From positions 1-64,000 of the forward strand of contig JAEOUH010000044.1 of NCBI GenBank assembly GCA_016839365.1: DNA of 64,000 nucleotides. The letters are read 5' to 3'. Each line of letters begins with the position of its first letter. Within the stretch, counting starts at the first letter, position 1. Made by a program: the position numbers and the translations under genes. Under the pieces are notes generated by a model, which saw nothing but the letters and a program-made list of their open reading frames with translations, did not search any database and had not been told where the DNA came from. The stretch comes from Candidatus Hermodarchaeota archaeon. GTDB lineage: Archaea; Asgardarchaeota; Hermodarchaeia; Hermodarchaeales; Hermodarchaeaceae. Positions 1 through 10,246 of this stretch are shown here, one piece after another.

Positions 1-779
1 AAGATTGATTTTAGGTCTTCTTCAATGGTACTTTTGACATATTCATCAAGATTAGAAAATTTGATCGATGTGCCTTCAACATTTCCTTCAGCAAGATAAA
101 AACCAATTATCCGACCTGTATGCGTTTCTAGTGTTATAGATTTTGGAAACCAACTAGTATCACGTTTTCTTCGTATCCATGATCCCGAAGGCAATGAGAT
201 TTTGCCCTGGATTATTGCGCCCATTGTATTTTGTGTTACATTTGAGATAGCCGCAGCTCTTTTTGCACTCATACTACCAAAATTTACTTGTTCTATTTGG
301 TCAATAATCACATCAGTACTGACAAGCTCATTTGCTGGAAATTCTGAACTCAAATCGAAGGAAGCCTTACCATTTCCTAGACTTATATTCCTAGCAATCG
401 GTAGATAAACGCCTGTATGAAGCTCATTTGCAGTAACCACTTTCAAGTGACCATTTGAAATCGTTGTAAATGAGTGATCTGGGGTAGCTAGCACTGTTCT
501 TCCTGAGCGGGTCTTGATTCTAACCAATTTGCTGGTTTGATGTCTGCTAACCTCGTATATCCGTGATTTCTTGATTTTCAATGAAAAAGGATCCATTGCT
601 TGAGTAAAGATGGATTTGGAATCTGGTAGCGAAAGAACCTCCGTGTGATTACTTTCGAGAATATCGTCTGGAAAGTCAGCAATTAGTTCGTCAACAAATG
701 AGCCAATTGATTTGGTGATCCAATGGGTGCGGTTTTTCTGTTGATACCCGACATAAATTTTTTCTGACCCATGTATGCT
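1..779 (-). mobile_element. Intein with LAGLIDADG homing endonuclease inserted in the MCM Walker A motif (partial)
   Basis: After GDPGTAK the frame continues SIHGSEKIYV (Ser1, block A), TRSGRTVLATPDHSF (block B TxxH) and GRIIGFYLAEG (LAGLIDADG). DNA is visibly more AT-rich than the flanking mcm sequence. Confidence 0.92.
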
Positions 780-1808
780 CTTTGCGGTTCCTGGGTCCCC
801 TACGAGGAGGATGTTGGAGTCGCCGCGGATTTTGACGCCGTCGGCGAGGAGTTTGCTTACTCCGCCAAACAGAAGGAGACAGACGGCTTCTTTGATGTCG
901 GTTAATCCGTAGATGGAGGGGGCGATTGAGTTGACGAGTTTGCGGTGAACGAGGGGATCTTTTGCGAGTTCGCGGATGGCTTCTTCTTCTTTTGGATCGA
1001 TTTCCACTCGGTCTGCTTCTCTTTCTGAGACGGCGACATAGTTGGTGTCTAAAAAGACGCTAAAGGTGGGTGCTTTGCGCCTTGTTCGGGCTGTGGTATC
1101 CTGGGTTGATCGTAGGATGCCGACTACGCGGCAGGGGTCGCCTGGGCGAGCGATGTCGACGAGATCTTCGCGAAGGATGCAATCGAGGGCTCGGGGTAAA
1201 GCGCCTGGGGGTAATTCTTCCGGCTTTTCTTGAAGGCGGATTTTTTGCCAGTCTACAAATTGTGAGCGTTCAGGTATTAAATCGAAAGGCCCTTTACTCC
1301 GACATGCCTCGTTCATGCAACTAGTCGGGAGAATGAATTGGTTGGTTTGGGGGACCGTGATGGGTTCTAAGCATTCTCGACATTGGAAGACGCCTTCGAT
1401 GAGGAGGGGCTTGACATCGCTAACGCGTGTAACCAATGCGTCAACCATGATTAATTGTCCAATATGTTCAGCCCGGATGAAACGCACGGACACGCGATCA
1501 GGAACTTCTTTGAACCGTCCATGAACCTTTTGTTCCTTAACAATATCGTAATAATCAGGGTCAACGACCCGAAGAATGCGAAGAATCGCTGTCGAAGCCG
1601 CTTCGATGGCGCGTTGAGGATTCTTTTTTGATGCGATTGCAAGTTCAGGATCAAAGGTTAGTAGGTGATTGAAATCAATCGGTACAGAAATGAGCTTATC
1701 TAAGCTGATTCGGGCGATGGCATCATTATAGGGAGTATCACCCTCTTCGGTCTTATAAGACCTAAAAAATTCCTCATAACGGGCGATATAGTCAATTTCT
1801 TCAGTCAC
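1..1808 (-). CDS. mcm: MCM replicative helicase (5' part, runs off the window; intein-containing)
   Basis: Hand translation from GTG at 1808 (overlaps the gins23 stop): VTEEIDYIARYEEFF... Zn finger CREC..CMNEAC, QFVDWQKIRLQEKPEELPPGALPR, Walker A region RGDSNILLVGDPGTAK. Not in the ORF track because there is no stop inside the window. Confidence 0.95.
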   Translation of the reverse strand, partial: MTEEIDYIARYEEFFRSYKTEEGDTPYNDAIARISLDKLISVPIDFNHLLTFDPELAIASKKNPQRAIEAASTAILRILRVVDPDYYDIVKEQKVHGRFKEVPDRVSVRFIRAEHIGQLIMVDALVTRVSDVKPLLIEGVFQCRECLEPITVPQTNQFILPTSCMNEACRSKGPFDLIPERSQFVDWQKIRLQEKPEELPPGALPRALDCILREDLVDIARPGDPCRVVGILRSTQDTTARTRRKAPTFSVFLDTNYVAVSEREADRVEIDPKEEEAIRELAKDPLVHRKLVNSIAPSIYGLTDIKEAVCLLLFGGVSKLLADGVKIRGDSNILLVGDPGTAKSIHGSEKIYVGYQQKNRTHWITKSIGSFVDELIADFPDDILESNHTEVLSLPDSKSIFTQAMDPFSLKIKKSRIYEVSRHQTSKLVRIKTRSGRTVLATPDHSFTTISNGHLKVVTANELHTGVYLPIARNISLGNGKASFDLSSEFPANELVSTDVIIDQIEQVNFGSMSAKRAAAISNVTQNTMGAIIQGKISLPSGSWIRRKRDTSWFPKSITLETHTGRIIGFYLAEGNVEGTSIKFSNLDEYVKSTIEEDLKSI

Positions 1809-2358
1809 TATTTCCGATCTCCATTACTTCTTTCTGCCAATTACGTAAAAGACTGGCGAGTTTGTCAAAAAGCCACCGTTCTTCTTCTGTCATTTTCTTT
1901 TTAGTCTCGCGTATTCGTTCTTCCCGTGATGCTAATTTCATGAGTTTCAGTAACCTATTGGCAATAAGATCCCGGAGTAACGTTTCCATTTTTGCTTGGG
2001 ATGCTACTCGAACATCATTGGGGGCTTTTTTGTTTTGTTGAATAAGATGTTCGATGGCAGTCCTGATTTGGAAGTAGTAATTGGGAGTTAATGGTTGGAG
2101 AACAGGTTCTCCTGCTTCCCGTAGTAATGCCTTATGTAAATCAGGGACACTAATTTCTGGAGCCTTTAGTTGAACCATATTATTTGAGGCTAAGAGGACT
2201 GCGACCCATCGAGGAAGATCAAATTCTCGTCCCTTTTCAACAGGACCATAAGTTGAGCCTTGGATGGTGAACTCGTCTATTGTCCTTAAGGCAATTACAG
2301 GCACTGTAGCGTTTTCGTATTGAAACCAAAGTGCATCCTTCATGTTTTGAGCTTCCAT
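1801..2358 (-). CDS. GINS subunit Gins23 (Psf2/Psf3-like)
   Basis: N-terminal beta B-domain (GPVEKGREFDLPRWVAVLL) followed by helical A-domain (LQPLTPNYY...RLLKLMKLA); directly upstream of mcm. Confidence 0.85.
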   Translation of the reverse strand: MEAQNMKDALWFQYENATVPVIALRTIDEFTIQGSTYGPVEKGREFDLPRWVAVLLASNNMVQLKAPEISVPDLHKALLREAGEPVLQPLTPNYYFQIRTAIEHLIQQNKKAPNDVRVASQAKMETLLRDLIANRLLKLMKLASREERIRETKKKMTEEERWLFDKLASLLRNWQKEVMEIGNSD

Positions 2359-2378
2359 GTATAATTCTTCTTCTGTTT

Positions 2379-3584
2379 TTAATCAAAATTTCCTTCCATC
2401 GATTCGCGACGCTGCAGGATTTCGCTGACACGTTCATCGAAGACTTCAACGGGGATGTCCATGAGGGTTAGGCGTGCACGCCGTCCCCGCTGGCCTGTTC
2501 CAATCCCTTCGACGACCTTTCCGATGATTCCGAGTGAAACGAGGGCATCAATGGTTTTTCTGAAGGTTGGGAGAGCCTGTTTCTTAACTCCGAATTCTTC
2601 ACAGATGAGCTGGTAACGCTCATAGACACTTGCAATGGTTGTTGAACTGGATTTTTCAGCTTTTAATTCTCGAGTGAGCGCGGCGAGTACGAGGATTTCT
2701 TGGTCACGGAGTCCATAAAGCACATCAGAACGTAATTCTGAGTAGACTTCTTGTTTGGCTCGGCGAATTAAGTCCGGAGTTATTGGTCTAACATTGAGAC
2801 GATCTGCAGCTTTACCGGCTAAATATAAAACTTCAATTCCGTGCCGAGCATTCTGAGTGGATGCGGCGATATTAGCTACCATGTTTATAATTTCATCCGT
2901 TACCACGCCTTTATGAAACGCGAGTTCGGATCGGAATTTAAAGATTTTAAAAAGTTCATCTTGGTTATAGGCTGGCATGTCGATGCGGTCATGAAGCCGG
3001 CCGGAAAGGGGAAAACTCAGAGTGTTTTGCCAATCGACTATACGGCAGGCTATTAGTGTCGAAATAAATGCGTGGCCATGCTTTGCCACTTCACTAGCAT
3101 GAATGATGCTAAGAAGATCTTGACCGAGTAAATAAGCTTCATCAAGGCATAGGACTAAACGTATGTTTTCCCGTGATAGTCGTCGGTTAATCATCGTTGT
3201 GATTTCTTCATCTGAAAACCCACGGCTAGTGACTTTGAAGCGTTCAGTGAGTAAATCGCGGAGAATGGCGCTTTTTGTTCGGAACATGAAGCAGTCATAG
3301 TATTCGAAGCGGACTTTGATGTCCCGTTTCGCTGCCGCCTTCTCTAGTCCCTGTCCAAAGTATCGGATGGATACGGTTTTTCCAGTTCCGGGTTTGCCCA
3401 CGACCGCGACATTTACCGCATAGGCCCCATCCTTGTTAAGGAGGGCTTTGAATGTGTGACTCAGTCTAATGAGTTGGTTTTCGCGGTTGGGAAGCTCTGG
3501 TGGAATAAATGCTGGGTGAAGGGTTTCTTCATTTTTAAAAACTGATGCACCCAATAGTGCTTTTTCGATGATATTCTCGCCCAC
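2379..3584 (-). CDS. cdc6: Orc1/Cdc6 replication initiator
   Basis: VFKNEETLHPAFIPPELPNRE, Walker A GKPGTGKT, Walker B LCLDE, C-terminal winged helix ending GQRGR. Confidence 0.93.
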   Translation of the reverse strand: MGENIIEKALLGASVFKNEETLHPAFIPPELPNRENQLIRLSHTFKALLNKDGAYAVNVAVVGKPGTGKTVSIRYFGQGLEKAAAKRDIKVRFEYYDCFMFRTKSAILRDLLTERFKVTSRGFSDEEITTMINRRLSRENIRLVLCLDEAYLLGQDLLSIIHASEVAKHGHAFISTLIACRIVDWQNTLSFPLSGRLHDRIDMPAYNQDELFKIFKFRSELAFHKGVVTDEIINMVANIAASTQNARHGIEVLYLAGKAADRLNVRPITPDLIRRAKQEVYSELRSDVLYGLRDQEILVLAALTRELKAEKSSSTTIASVYERYQLICEEFGVKKQALPTFRKTIDALVSLGIIGKVVEGIGTGQRGRRARLTLMDIPVEVFDERVSEILQRRESMEGNFD

Positions 3585-3713
3585 GTGCGCACCCTCGAAA
3601 CAGTCGATCAGAGAAGGCTAGCCGCTTCACTGCACGAACTGAAGTTGCCGCCCATAAAAGGATTTTCCACGCTAACGTAAAACTGACTAGGAGAAGCCTA
3701 CATAGAAGTATGA

Positions 3714-3953
3714 CTACTTCTTGCGTTTTTCCTTTCCTTTCTTACTGAGCCACCATTCAAGATAGTCGCGGCGGTGTTGGGATTTTTCTCGTTCCGCATC
3801 CTCGTGTCGATATGAGGAACGCTGTTCATCCCAAAGCCGGTCCAGCTCAGCACGAGATACGGCGAGTCCGCATCGTTGACATACTTGACGGCTGCTCTTC
3901 GGATCAAATTTCATAGTGCCAGCGCACTCAGGGCAACGAGCCAAATTGGTCAC
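3714..3953 (-). CDS. Small zinc-ribbon protein
   Basis: CPEC-x14-CQRC knuckles, charged helix and DYLEWWL tail; co-oriented with glmS and cdc6. Confidence 0.7.
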   Translation of the reverse strand: MTNLARCPECAGTMKFDPKSSRQVCQRCGLAVSRAELDRLWDEQRSSYRHEDAEREKSQHRRDYLEWWLSKKGKEKRKK

Positions 3954-4003
3954 CTAACATTGGGTGTTGAGAACTAACCAATGTAGTGTTTTAACTCTTT
4001 GTG

Positions 4004-5836
4004 TCAAAGGACTGTGACCGATTTTGCAAGGTTCCTGGGTTGGTCTGGATCATGTCCGCGTAAAATGGCAGCATAATATGCTAGAAGCTGGAGAGGTATC
4101 ACATAGCTTATTGGTGAAAAAAATTTTGATGGGAGTTCAGGCAGGGGTATAGCGTGGTGGCTGAGGTCAATAAGTCTCTGATCAGTGGCTGAGCAGATAG
4201 AGATGATTTGGGCCCCTCTGGCCTTCATTTCCATCACGTTACTTTCTAAGTGTCGACGTGTATTATCATTGGGGGCTACGAAGATAATAGGGAATCCAGG
4301 TTCAACAAGAGCAATGGGACCATGTTTAGATTCACCGGCAGGATAGCCTTCTGCATGAACGTAGGCAATTTCCTTGATTTTCAGAGCCCCTTCCATTGCC
4401 GTAGAAGTGCTAATGCCCCGTCCGAGGAAAAAGAAGTTGGATTTGGTGATGTATTGTTGGGCAGTTTCTTTAATCTGACTTTCTTGATTGCGAATGACGG
4501 CTTGGATAAGATTGGGAAATTGATTCAATGCCATGAATAATTCCTGGCTTTCTTTATCCGTTTGTGCACCAGTCATTGTTCCTAACGAAATCGAAAGAGA
4601 GGCTAGGGTTGCAAGTTGGGTTGCGTAGGTCTTTGTTGCTGCAACCCCGATTTCTGGACCAGCCTGGGTGTAAAGGACGGAATCTGCCATTCGGGTAATT
4701 GAGCTGCCCACCGTATTGGTAATGGTTAATATGGTTGCGCCTTGGTTCTTGAGGTGTTTGACAGCGTGTAAGGTATCAATGGTTTCACCTGATTGTGTCA
4801 CTGCCAAAACGGCCGTATCTTTACCCAGACTTTCTGCAACAGTATCAGATCCCTCAGAGGCAATTACCCCATGTATGAGTCGGTCAGCGATGTGAGAGAA
4901 CATGTATTTTGCAGCCATCGTTGCATGGAACGATGTCCCCGCGGCGATAGTTAGAATATTCTTGTGGTTATGTAAGACTTCGGCAAATGCTTCAAGATCA
5001 TTTTTTCGAATACGAAGAGTATCGCTGAGTGCACGGGGCTGTTCATGAATTTCTTTCAACATGAAATGGGGATAACCGCCTTTTTGAGCCATGTCAATTG
5101 TCCATTTGACCACAGTAGGTTCTCGAATAGGAAGTGGGGCTAGTGACCCTGTGTCATCAATTCGACTCATCAATGCGCTGTTAGAGGTTAGATGAACGAC
5201 CTCATGGTCTTCAAGAACGATTGTTTTTCTAGTCATGGGGAGGAATGCAGGAACATCTGATGCACAATAGACTCCTTGAGTGCCCAATCCAATCACAAGG
5301 GGGCTTTCTTTTCGGGCACACACAAGCTCTTTGCCATTCGTTCCTAGTACAACGATGGCATAACTCCCTTCCAATTGTGTTATAGTCTCTGCTACTGCTT
5401 CTTTGAGGGTGGGGGTGTGACTAAGAGCTTCTTCAATCATGTGAGGAATGACTTCAGTATCGGTTTGTGACTCAAAGCGGTGACCATTTGCTTGAAGCTG
5501 CTCACGAAGTTCTTGGTAATTTTCGATGATTCCATTGTGGACAACTGCGATACGTTTTTGGCAATCGGTGTGAGGGTGCGCATTAACTTTTGAAGGGGGT
5601 CCATGGGTAGCCCATCTTGTGTGTCCGATGCCGATGCTTCCAGGAAGGGTGTCGAAGTTTAGGCGGTGGTGTATGTCATCGATTTTACCTTTGTCCTTCT
5701 TGATGAACAGGGTACCCTCAGAAACCGTAGCAATTCCGCTTGAATCATATCCGCGGTATTCTAAACGCTTCAATGACTGGCGTAGAATGGAGGCGATATT
5801 ACCTTTCATGTGAACGGCGCCGATAATTCCACACAT
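4004..5836 (-). CDS. glmS: Glutamine--fructose-6-phosphate aminotransferase
   Basis: MCGI (catalytic Cys1, ATG at 5836), LEYRGYDSSG, GHTRWATHG, two SIS domains, PRNLAKSVTV. Confidence 0.97.
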   Translation of the reverse strand: MCGIIGAVHMKGNIASILRQSLKRLEYRGYDSSGIATVSEGTLFIKKDKGKIDDIHHRLNFDTLPGSIGIGHTRWATHGPPSKVNAHPHTDCQKRIAVVHNGIIENYQELREQLQANGHRFESQTDTEVIPHMIEEALSHTPTLKEAVAETITQLEGSYAIVVLGTNGKELVCARKESPLVIGLGTQGVYCASDVPAFLPMTRKTIVLEDHEVVHLTSNSALMSRIDDTGSLAPLPIREPTVVKWTIDMAQKGGYPHFMLKEIHEQPRALSDTLRIRKNDLEAFAEVLHNHKNILTIAAGTSFHATMAAKYMFSHIADRLIHGVIASEGSDTVAESLGKDTAVLAVTQSGETIDTLHAVKHLKNQGATILTITNTVGSSITRMADSVLYTQAGPEIGVAATKTYATQLATLASLSISLGTMTGAQTDKESQELFMALNQFPNLIQAVIRNQESQIKETAQQYITKSNFFFLGRGISTSTAMEGALKIKEIAYVHAEGYPAGESKHGPIALVEPGFPIIFVAPNDNTRRHLESNVMEMKARGAQIISICSATDQRLIDLSHHAIPLPELPSKFFSPISYVIPLQLLAYYAAILRGHDPDQPRNLAKSVTVL

Positions 5837-5896
5837 GATAGTTCGCCCCAAGGAACCACTTCAAACCCGTGGCATAAACTTTCCCGTTTGGGAATA

Positions 5897-7492
5897 CTAT
5901 AGGCTTTTGGTCATGTAGGGTCCATCGAGTTTGTAACCATGACGGCGATAATATTCTCTTGCTCCAATTCCACTAGTGCATACAATCAATTTGCGATCGT
6001 AGCTTTGCGCATAATCTTCAGCGGCAATTAGCAGTTTAGCGCCAACTCCGCGATGTTGCCAAGCGTCTTCTTTTGTTGTGCCAATGTTGACTGATTGACC
6101 ATAAACATGGAGTTCACGGAGAAGAGCTGCATCTCGTGATTTTATTTCTGGGCGATGGGCACCATCACTGGGTATTCGTAACCGTAGGTAACCCACCAGT
6201 GAGTTCTGTTTTTGATCTTCGTAGGCAAGGAAAAGTTCTCGTCCCTTAGACGCTGGATATTCATCTACTCGTAGCGTTAAATCCTGGATATCTGGGATTT
6301 CTGTGTTTGTATTCATTTGAGACCGCTGCTTATACCCTACTTCACGATATCGTATCGTGTGTACTTGGTACCCTTTTTGTTCGGCACGCTGAAAGACAAG
6401 TTGGGTTAAATTTCCGGCATCAGGTCCTGCGATGATAAGGCGTTTGGGAATATCACGTTGCATGCGTTGAATTCGTACCCACCGAGGAATTAAGGGTAAA
6501 ACGTCAGAAATGAGGTCTATAACTTCATCTGTGGTGTATGGATTGTACTCACCTTTCCGCCAGGTTTCGAAGAGATCACTACCTCGCAGAACTAAACAGG
6601 GGTATATTTTGAGAAGATCGGGTTGGAATCCTTCGTGTGAGAATAAGTCTTTGAAGACGTCTTGATCCCGTTCTCTAGTAGATCCGGGCAAGCCAGGCAT
6701 GATATGATAGCAGACTTTGAGCCCTGCATCCTTTGCCAGCTGAGTAGCACTGATGACATCAGACACAGTATGTCCACGACAAATGGCAGTGTAGATGTCA
6801 TCATATATGGTTTGAACTCCTAATTCTACTCGAGTGGCTCCAAAATCTAGCATTCTATCGACATGACCCTGTCTGCAGTAGTCAGGTCGAGTTTCAATGG
6901 TAATTCCAACGGGCCGAATTTGGGCATTTTCAGCTAGTTTTTTTGCTTCCGTGATGTTCCTAGCTTCAAAATCATTCATTGCATCAAGACATCTCTTCAC
7001 GAATTCTTGTTGATATTCTTCTGAAGCCGAAAGGAAGGTTCCCCCCATGATGATTAATTCAACTTTATCTGTGCTGTGTCCCATGGCTTGGAGCTGTTCC
7101 AATCGACTTACCACCTGTAGGTAAGGATCATATTGGTTCTGACGAGCTCGCAGTGTGGCAGGTTCATCTCCTACGTATGCCTTGGGTGCGGTGGGGATAT
7201 TGGTGGGGCAGTAGATGCACTGTCCCGGGCATTCCATCGGCTCGGTCATGACAGCTACGACTACAACACCAGATAAGGTGCGGGTGGGTTTTTTGCGGAG
7301 AATATGCCTTACTTGTTCTTTCTCTTCGTCGGTAGCATAACTTAATATCTCAACATCTGAGGGGAACCGAGAAAGCCTATACTTTTGGCTAAGTTTGCGT
7401 TTTAGTTTCTGGAGTTCACTTTTGCTTCGAACCTTCCCCAGTAATACCGCCTGAAGGATTTCTTCGGCCACGCGCTGCAACCTAGTTTCCAC
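5897..7492 (-). CDS. elp3: Elp3 tRNA U34 carboxymethyltransferase (radical SAM + KAT)
   Basis: RTLSGV, CPGQCIYCP, ETRPD, RVELGVQ, RELHVYG, WQHRGVG, GYKLDGPYM. Confidence 0.96.
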   Translation of the reverse strand: METRLQRVAEEILQAVLLGKVRSKSELQKLKRKLSQKYRLSRFPSDVEILSYATDEEKEQVRHILRKKPTRTLSGVVVVAVMTEPMECPGQCIYCPTNIPTAPKAYVGDEPATLRARQNQYDPYLQVVSRLEQLQAMGHSTDKVELIIMGGTFLSASEEYQQEFVKRCLDAMNDFEARNITEAKKLAENAQIRPVGITIETRPDYCRQGHVDRMLDFGATRVELGVQTIYDDIYTAICRGHTVSDVISATQLAKDAGLKVCYHIMPGLPGSTRERDQDVFKDLFSHEGFQPDLLKIYPCLVLRGSDLFETWRKGEYNPYTTDEVIDLISDVLPLIPRWVRIQRMQRDIPKRLIIAGPDAGNLTQLVFQRAEQKGYQVHTIRYREVGYKQRSQMNTNTEIPDIQDLTLRVDEYPASKGRELFLAYEDQKQNSLVGYLRLRIPSDGAHRPEIKSRDAALLRELHVYGQSVNIGTTKEDAWQHRGVGAKLLIAAEDYAQSYDRKLIVCTSGIGAREYYRRHGYKLDGPYMTKSL

Positions 7493-7551
7493 CTATCGAG
7501 CAATCACATGGTAAATGAAAATGATAGAGGCTAGACTGAAAGTTCTCAAGT

Positions 7552-7725
7552 CTAGCGGCGAACAGCTTTGGGCTGACCAGCAGGTGTCTGATTTAAGATG
7601 CGTTTAGTATAGATTCTACGATTGCGCAGACGAGGAATCGGAGTAACCCGTACTTTTCCTTCGATTTTTGGCGTTTGGCTCCGAACTTTACCTGCTTTTG
7701 TTAGGCTTCCGTGTGATCCGGGCAT
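7552..7725 (-). CDS. rps30e: 30S ribosomal protein S30e
   Basis: Hand translation, 57 aa: MPGSHGSLTKAGKVRSQTPKIEGK...PRLRNRRIYTKRIL; below the ORF-track length cutoff. Confidence 0.95.
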   Translation of the reverse strand: MPGSHGSLTKAGKVRSQTPKIEGKVRVTPIPRLRNRRIYTKRILNQTPAGQPKAVRR

Positions 7726-7860
7726 TGTGTTTCACTGCCCCGGTGTTTGTATCTTAGGCTTTAAGGGTTTCCATTTGTCGTAGAGAAAACAGCGGGACCT
7801 CGTGGTAGTTAGTATCAGCAATCTTTTTACAGCGGCTTGAACTGGTAGGCAATACGTGAT

Positions 7861-9117
7861 TTGGTGAATAGAATGGATGTCTTTCTCGTTTTTGGAATTG
7901 GTAAAGTATATTGTATTAATGAGCAGTTTTCGATTATTTCTGAGGCTAATTTAGGTAATACCGTAGACGAGATTGTCCAAGTCCATGATAATATTCGTCG
8001 AGGAGAAACCGCTCCACAGATTGCGGAATTTCTTGATGCCTTAGCAGTGAAGGATGTTAAGCGATATTTTGTAGAGTCAAAGGTGTTGGCTGATGAGTTT
8101 TCAAGAATATATGAAGTGAATGCACAACATTACGAAGATGTTCGGTTATGGCGGAAGGTTCGACAGGATTTCTTGAGTCGAATCTTTGCGTCTAAAGAGC
8201 AAAAGGCACTTCATGAAATAGCCATGGGAATTTCACGGCTCGCTATTCGGGAAGCCTCTGAACAAGGCGACCAATTAGTTATTCAAGCGATGAATTCCTT
8301 GGATGACGTAGAGAAGGTACAAAATCTGATGGTCTCACGACTTCGAGAATGGTATGGACTACATTTTCCCGAAGCGGCGCATACGATTGAGAATGGTCAC
8401 ACCCTTGCCCGCCTTGTAGTAGAAGGCGGTTTAAGAGAGCGCATTGAAGGTGAGCCTGAATTAGTGAAGCTGATTTCTGAATCACCGGTAAAGGTAGATT
8501 CAATTAGCCAGTCTATGGGAGCTGATATTCCCGAACAGGATATGGTCATGATTCAAAAATTGGCTCAACAAATCCTTGAGCTTTACAAGTTCAGAGAACA
8601 GCTGGAAAAATACCTAGATGAATCAATGCGAATCGTAGCACCGAATCTTAGAGGATTAATCGGTCCAGTGATAGGAGCTCGTCTGATTGGGCTAGCAGGG
8701 GGATTGCAAAAGCTTGCGCGTTTTCCGGCAAGCACTGTTCAAGTGCTTGGTGCTGAGCAAGCGCTGTTTCGTGCATTGAAAACGGGGGCTAGACCACCCA
8801 AACATGGTGTTATTTTCCAGCACACGCTTGTTCATACTGCGCCTTGGTGGCAACGAGGAAAAATCGCTCGCATTTTAGCAGGAAAAATCACAATTGCGGC
8901 ACGCATTGATTTGTATTCAGGCCAGTATGTCGCGGAAGAGTTGAAGCAGAATGTTCAATTAAGGGTTGCTGAAGTCAAACGAAAATATCCCACAGCACCT
9001 AAGACTCCACAATCAAAAGCACAAAAGCTTCCGCCCAAACGGAAACGATATGGAAAGCGGACTAAACCACATGCTCCGAAAAAACGGCGTAGCGGTTCTC
9101 GGAGGGACAGATCTTGA
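7861..9117 (+). CDS. nop5: Box C/D sRNP protein Nop5 (Nop56/58)
   Basis: RLREWYGLHFPE, APNL, PASTVQVLGAE, PPKHGVIFQH, RGKIAR, basic tail. Confidence 0.96.
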   Translation: MVNRMDVFLVFGIGKVYCINEQFSIISEANLGNTVDEIVQVHDNIRRGETAPQIAEFLDALAVKDVKRYFVESKVLADEFSRIYEVNAQHYEDVRLWRKVRQDFLSRIFASKEQKALHEIAMGISRLAIREASEQGDQLVIQAMNSLDDVEKVQNLMVSRLREWYGLHFPEAAHTIENGHTLARLVVEGGLRERIEGEPELVKLISESPVKVDSISQSMGADIPEQDMVMIQKLAQQILELYKFREQLEKYLDESMRIVAPNLRGLIGPVIGARLIGLAGGLQKLARFPASTVQVLGAEQALFRALKTGARPPKHGVIFQHTLVHTAPWWQRGKIARILAGKITIAARIDLYSGQYVAEELKQNVQLRVAEVKRKYPTAPKTPQSKAQKLPPKRKRYGKRTKPHAPKKRRSGSRRDRS

Positions 9118-9812
9118 TTGATATCAGTGAAGACAAGAATCGATCTGGACTATTTTGGGCTCATATGGATGTTGGGGCGAAACGTCCTGCCACTATGAAT
9201 TTAGTTCCAGGAACCACAGTCTATAATGAACAGATAGTCACTAAAGGAAGCTCGGAATTCCGGGTTTGGGATCCATATCGTAGTAAACTTGCTGCAGCTC
9301 TGCTTAGGGGTCTTGAAGCATTCGCCTTTGCTCCCAGAATATCCGTCCTTTATTTAGGAGCATCGTCTGGCACAACAGCGAGCCATGTATCGGATTTACT
9401 CGGTTCGGAGGGACGATTATACTGCGTTGAATTTGCGCCTCGAGTGATGCGTGATCTTGTGCAGGTCTGTGCCACTCGGAAGAATATGATTCCGATTATG
9501 GCGGATGCAAGATATCCTGAATCCTACAGACAGATACCCGAATTGGTTGATGTCTTGTACCAAGATGTGGCTCAACCCAATCAGGCGAAAATCCTAGTAG
9601 AAAATGCGAAACGGTTTCTTCGATCCGGAGGAACAGCATACGTAGCCATTAAAGCGCGGAGTATCGATGTTGTAGCGAAGCCAACACGTATATTCAGCCG
9701 TGAAGAAAAGACGTTAACACAATCTGGATTTACTGTAGTAGATCGATTCTCATTGGACCCTTTTTCCGCTGACCATGTTTTTTTAAGTGCCATTTATGGT
9801 GAAAACGTGTAA
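9114..9812 (+). CDS. flpA: Fibrillarin rRNA/tRNA 2'-O-methyltransferase
   Basis: WDPYRSKLAA, VLYLGASSGTTASHVSD, QDVAQPNQA, IKARSID. Confidence 0.97.
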   Translation: MIDISEDKNRSGLFWAHMDVGAKRPATMNLVPGTTVYNEQIVTKGSSEFRVWDPYRSKLAAALLRGLEAFAFAPRISVLYLGASSGTTASHVSDLLGSEGRLYCVEFAPRVMRDLVQVCATRKNMIPIMADARYPESYRQIPELVDVLYQDVAQPNQAKILVENAKRFLRSGGTAYVAIKARSIDVVAKPTRIFSREEKTLTQSGFTVVDRFSLDPFSADHVFLSAIYGENV

Positions 9813-10246
9813 TGAAAAAATATTCCGGCTTCCTTTCTGGTCTTGAACGAGAGATTGCACAAATTAATGATCATATGCCCAAGACTAAGAAACCCCTTTC
9901 CCAATTATTGAAGGAAAAATCTCCTGGATTCATTACACGAGAAGGGCAAAAAAGTGCAGTTCGCGTAGAAGAGCTAAACGAACTGGCACAGGTTGTACCA
10001 TCTGAATACCATAATAGAATAATGATACCTTTCACGATTCTAAGAAGGACTACTCTGGGTCCAGGGGCTCATACCATAGGTGGTTCAAAGCTGGAACAAT
10101 TTACTGTTTTATTGATTTTAGGAAGAGTTGAAAGACCCTTTGAATCATGGCGTTCCACAGAATTACCCCGAATTATTTATTCCCCAGAAGTGGGTCTCTT
10201 AAGACAGAAATTACCAACCACATTGACAATAGGATTTGGAAAGTAA
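9812..10246 (+). CDS. DUF61 (UPF0216) family protein
   Basis: INDHMPKTKKPLSQLL...REG and LRQKLPTT motifs; typical position after fibrillarin. Confidence 0.75.
   Translation: MKKYSGFLSGLEREIAQINDHMPKTKKPLSQLLKEKSPGFITREGQKSAVRVEELNELAQVVPSEYHNRIMIPFTILRRTTLGPGAHTIGGSKLEQFTVLLILGRVERPFESWRSTELPRIIYSPEVGLLRQKLPTTLTIGFGK

Noticed and set aside
3585-3713. Replication origin upstream of cdc6
   Set aside because: The spacer is short and has no ORB repeats, G-string or AT-rich unwinding element.
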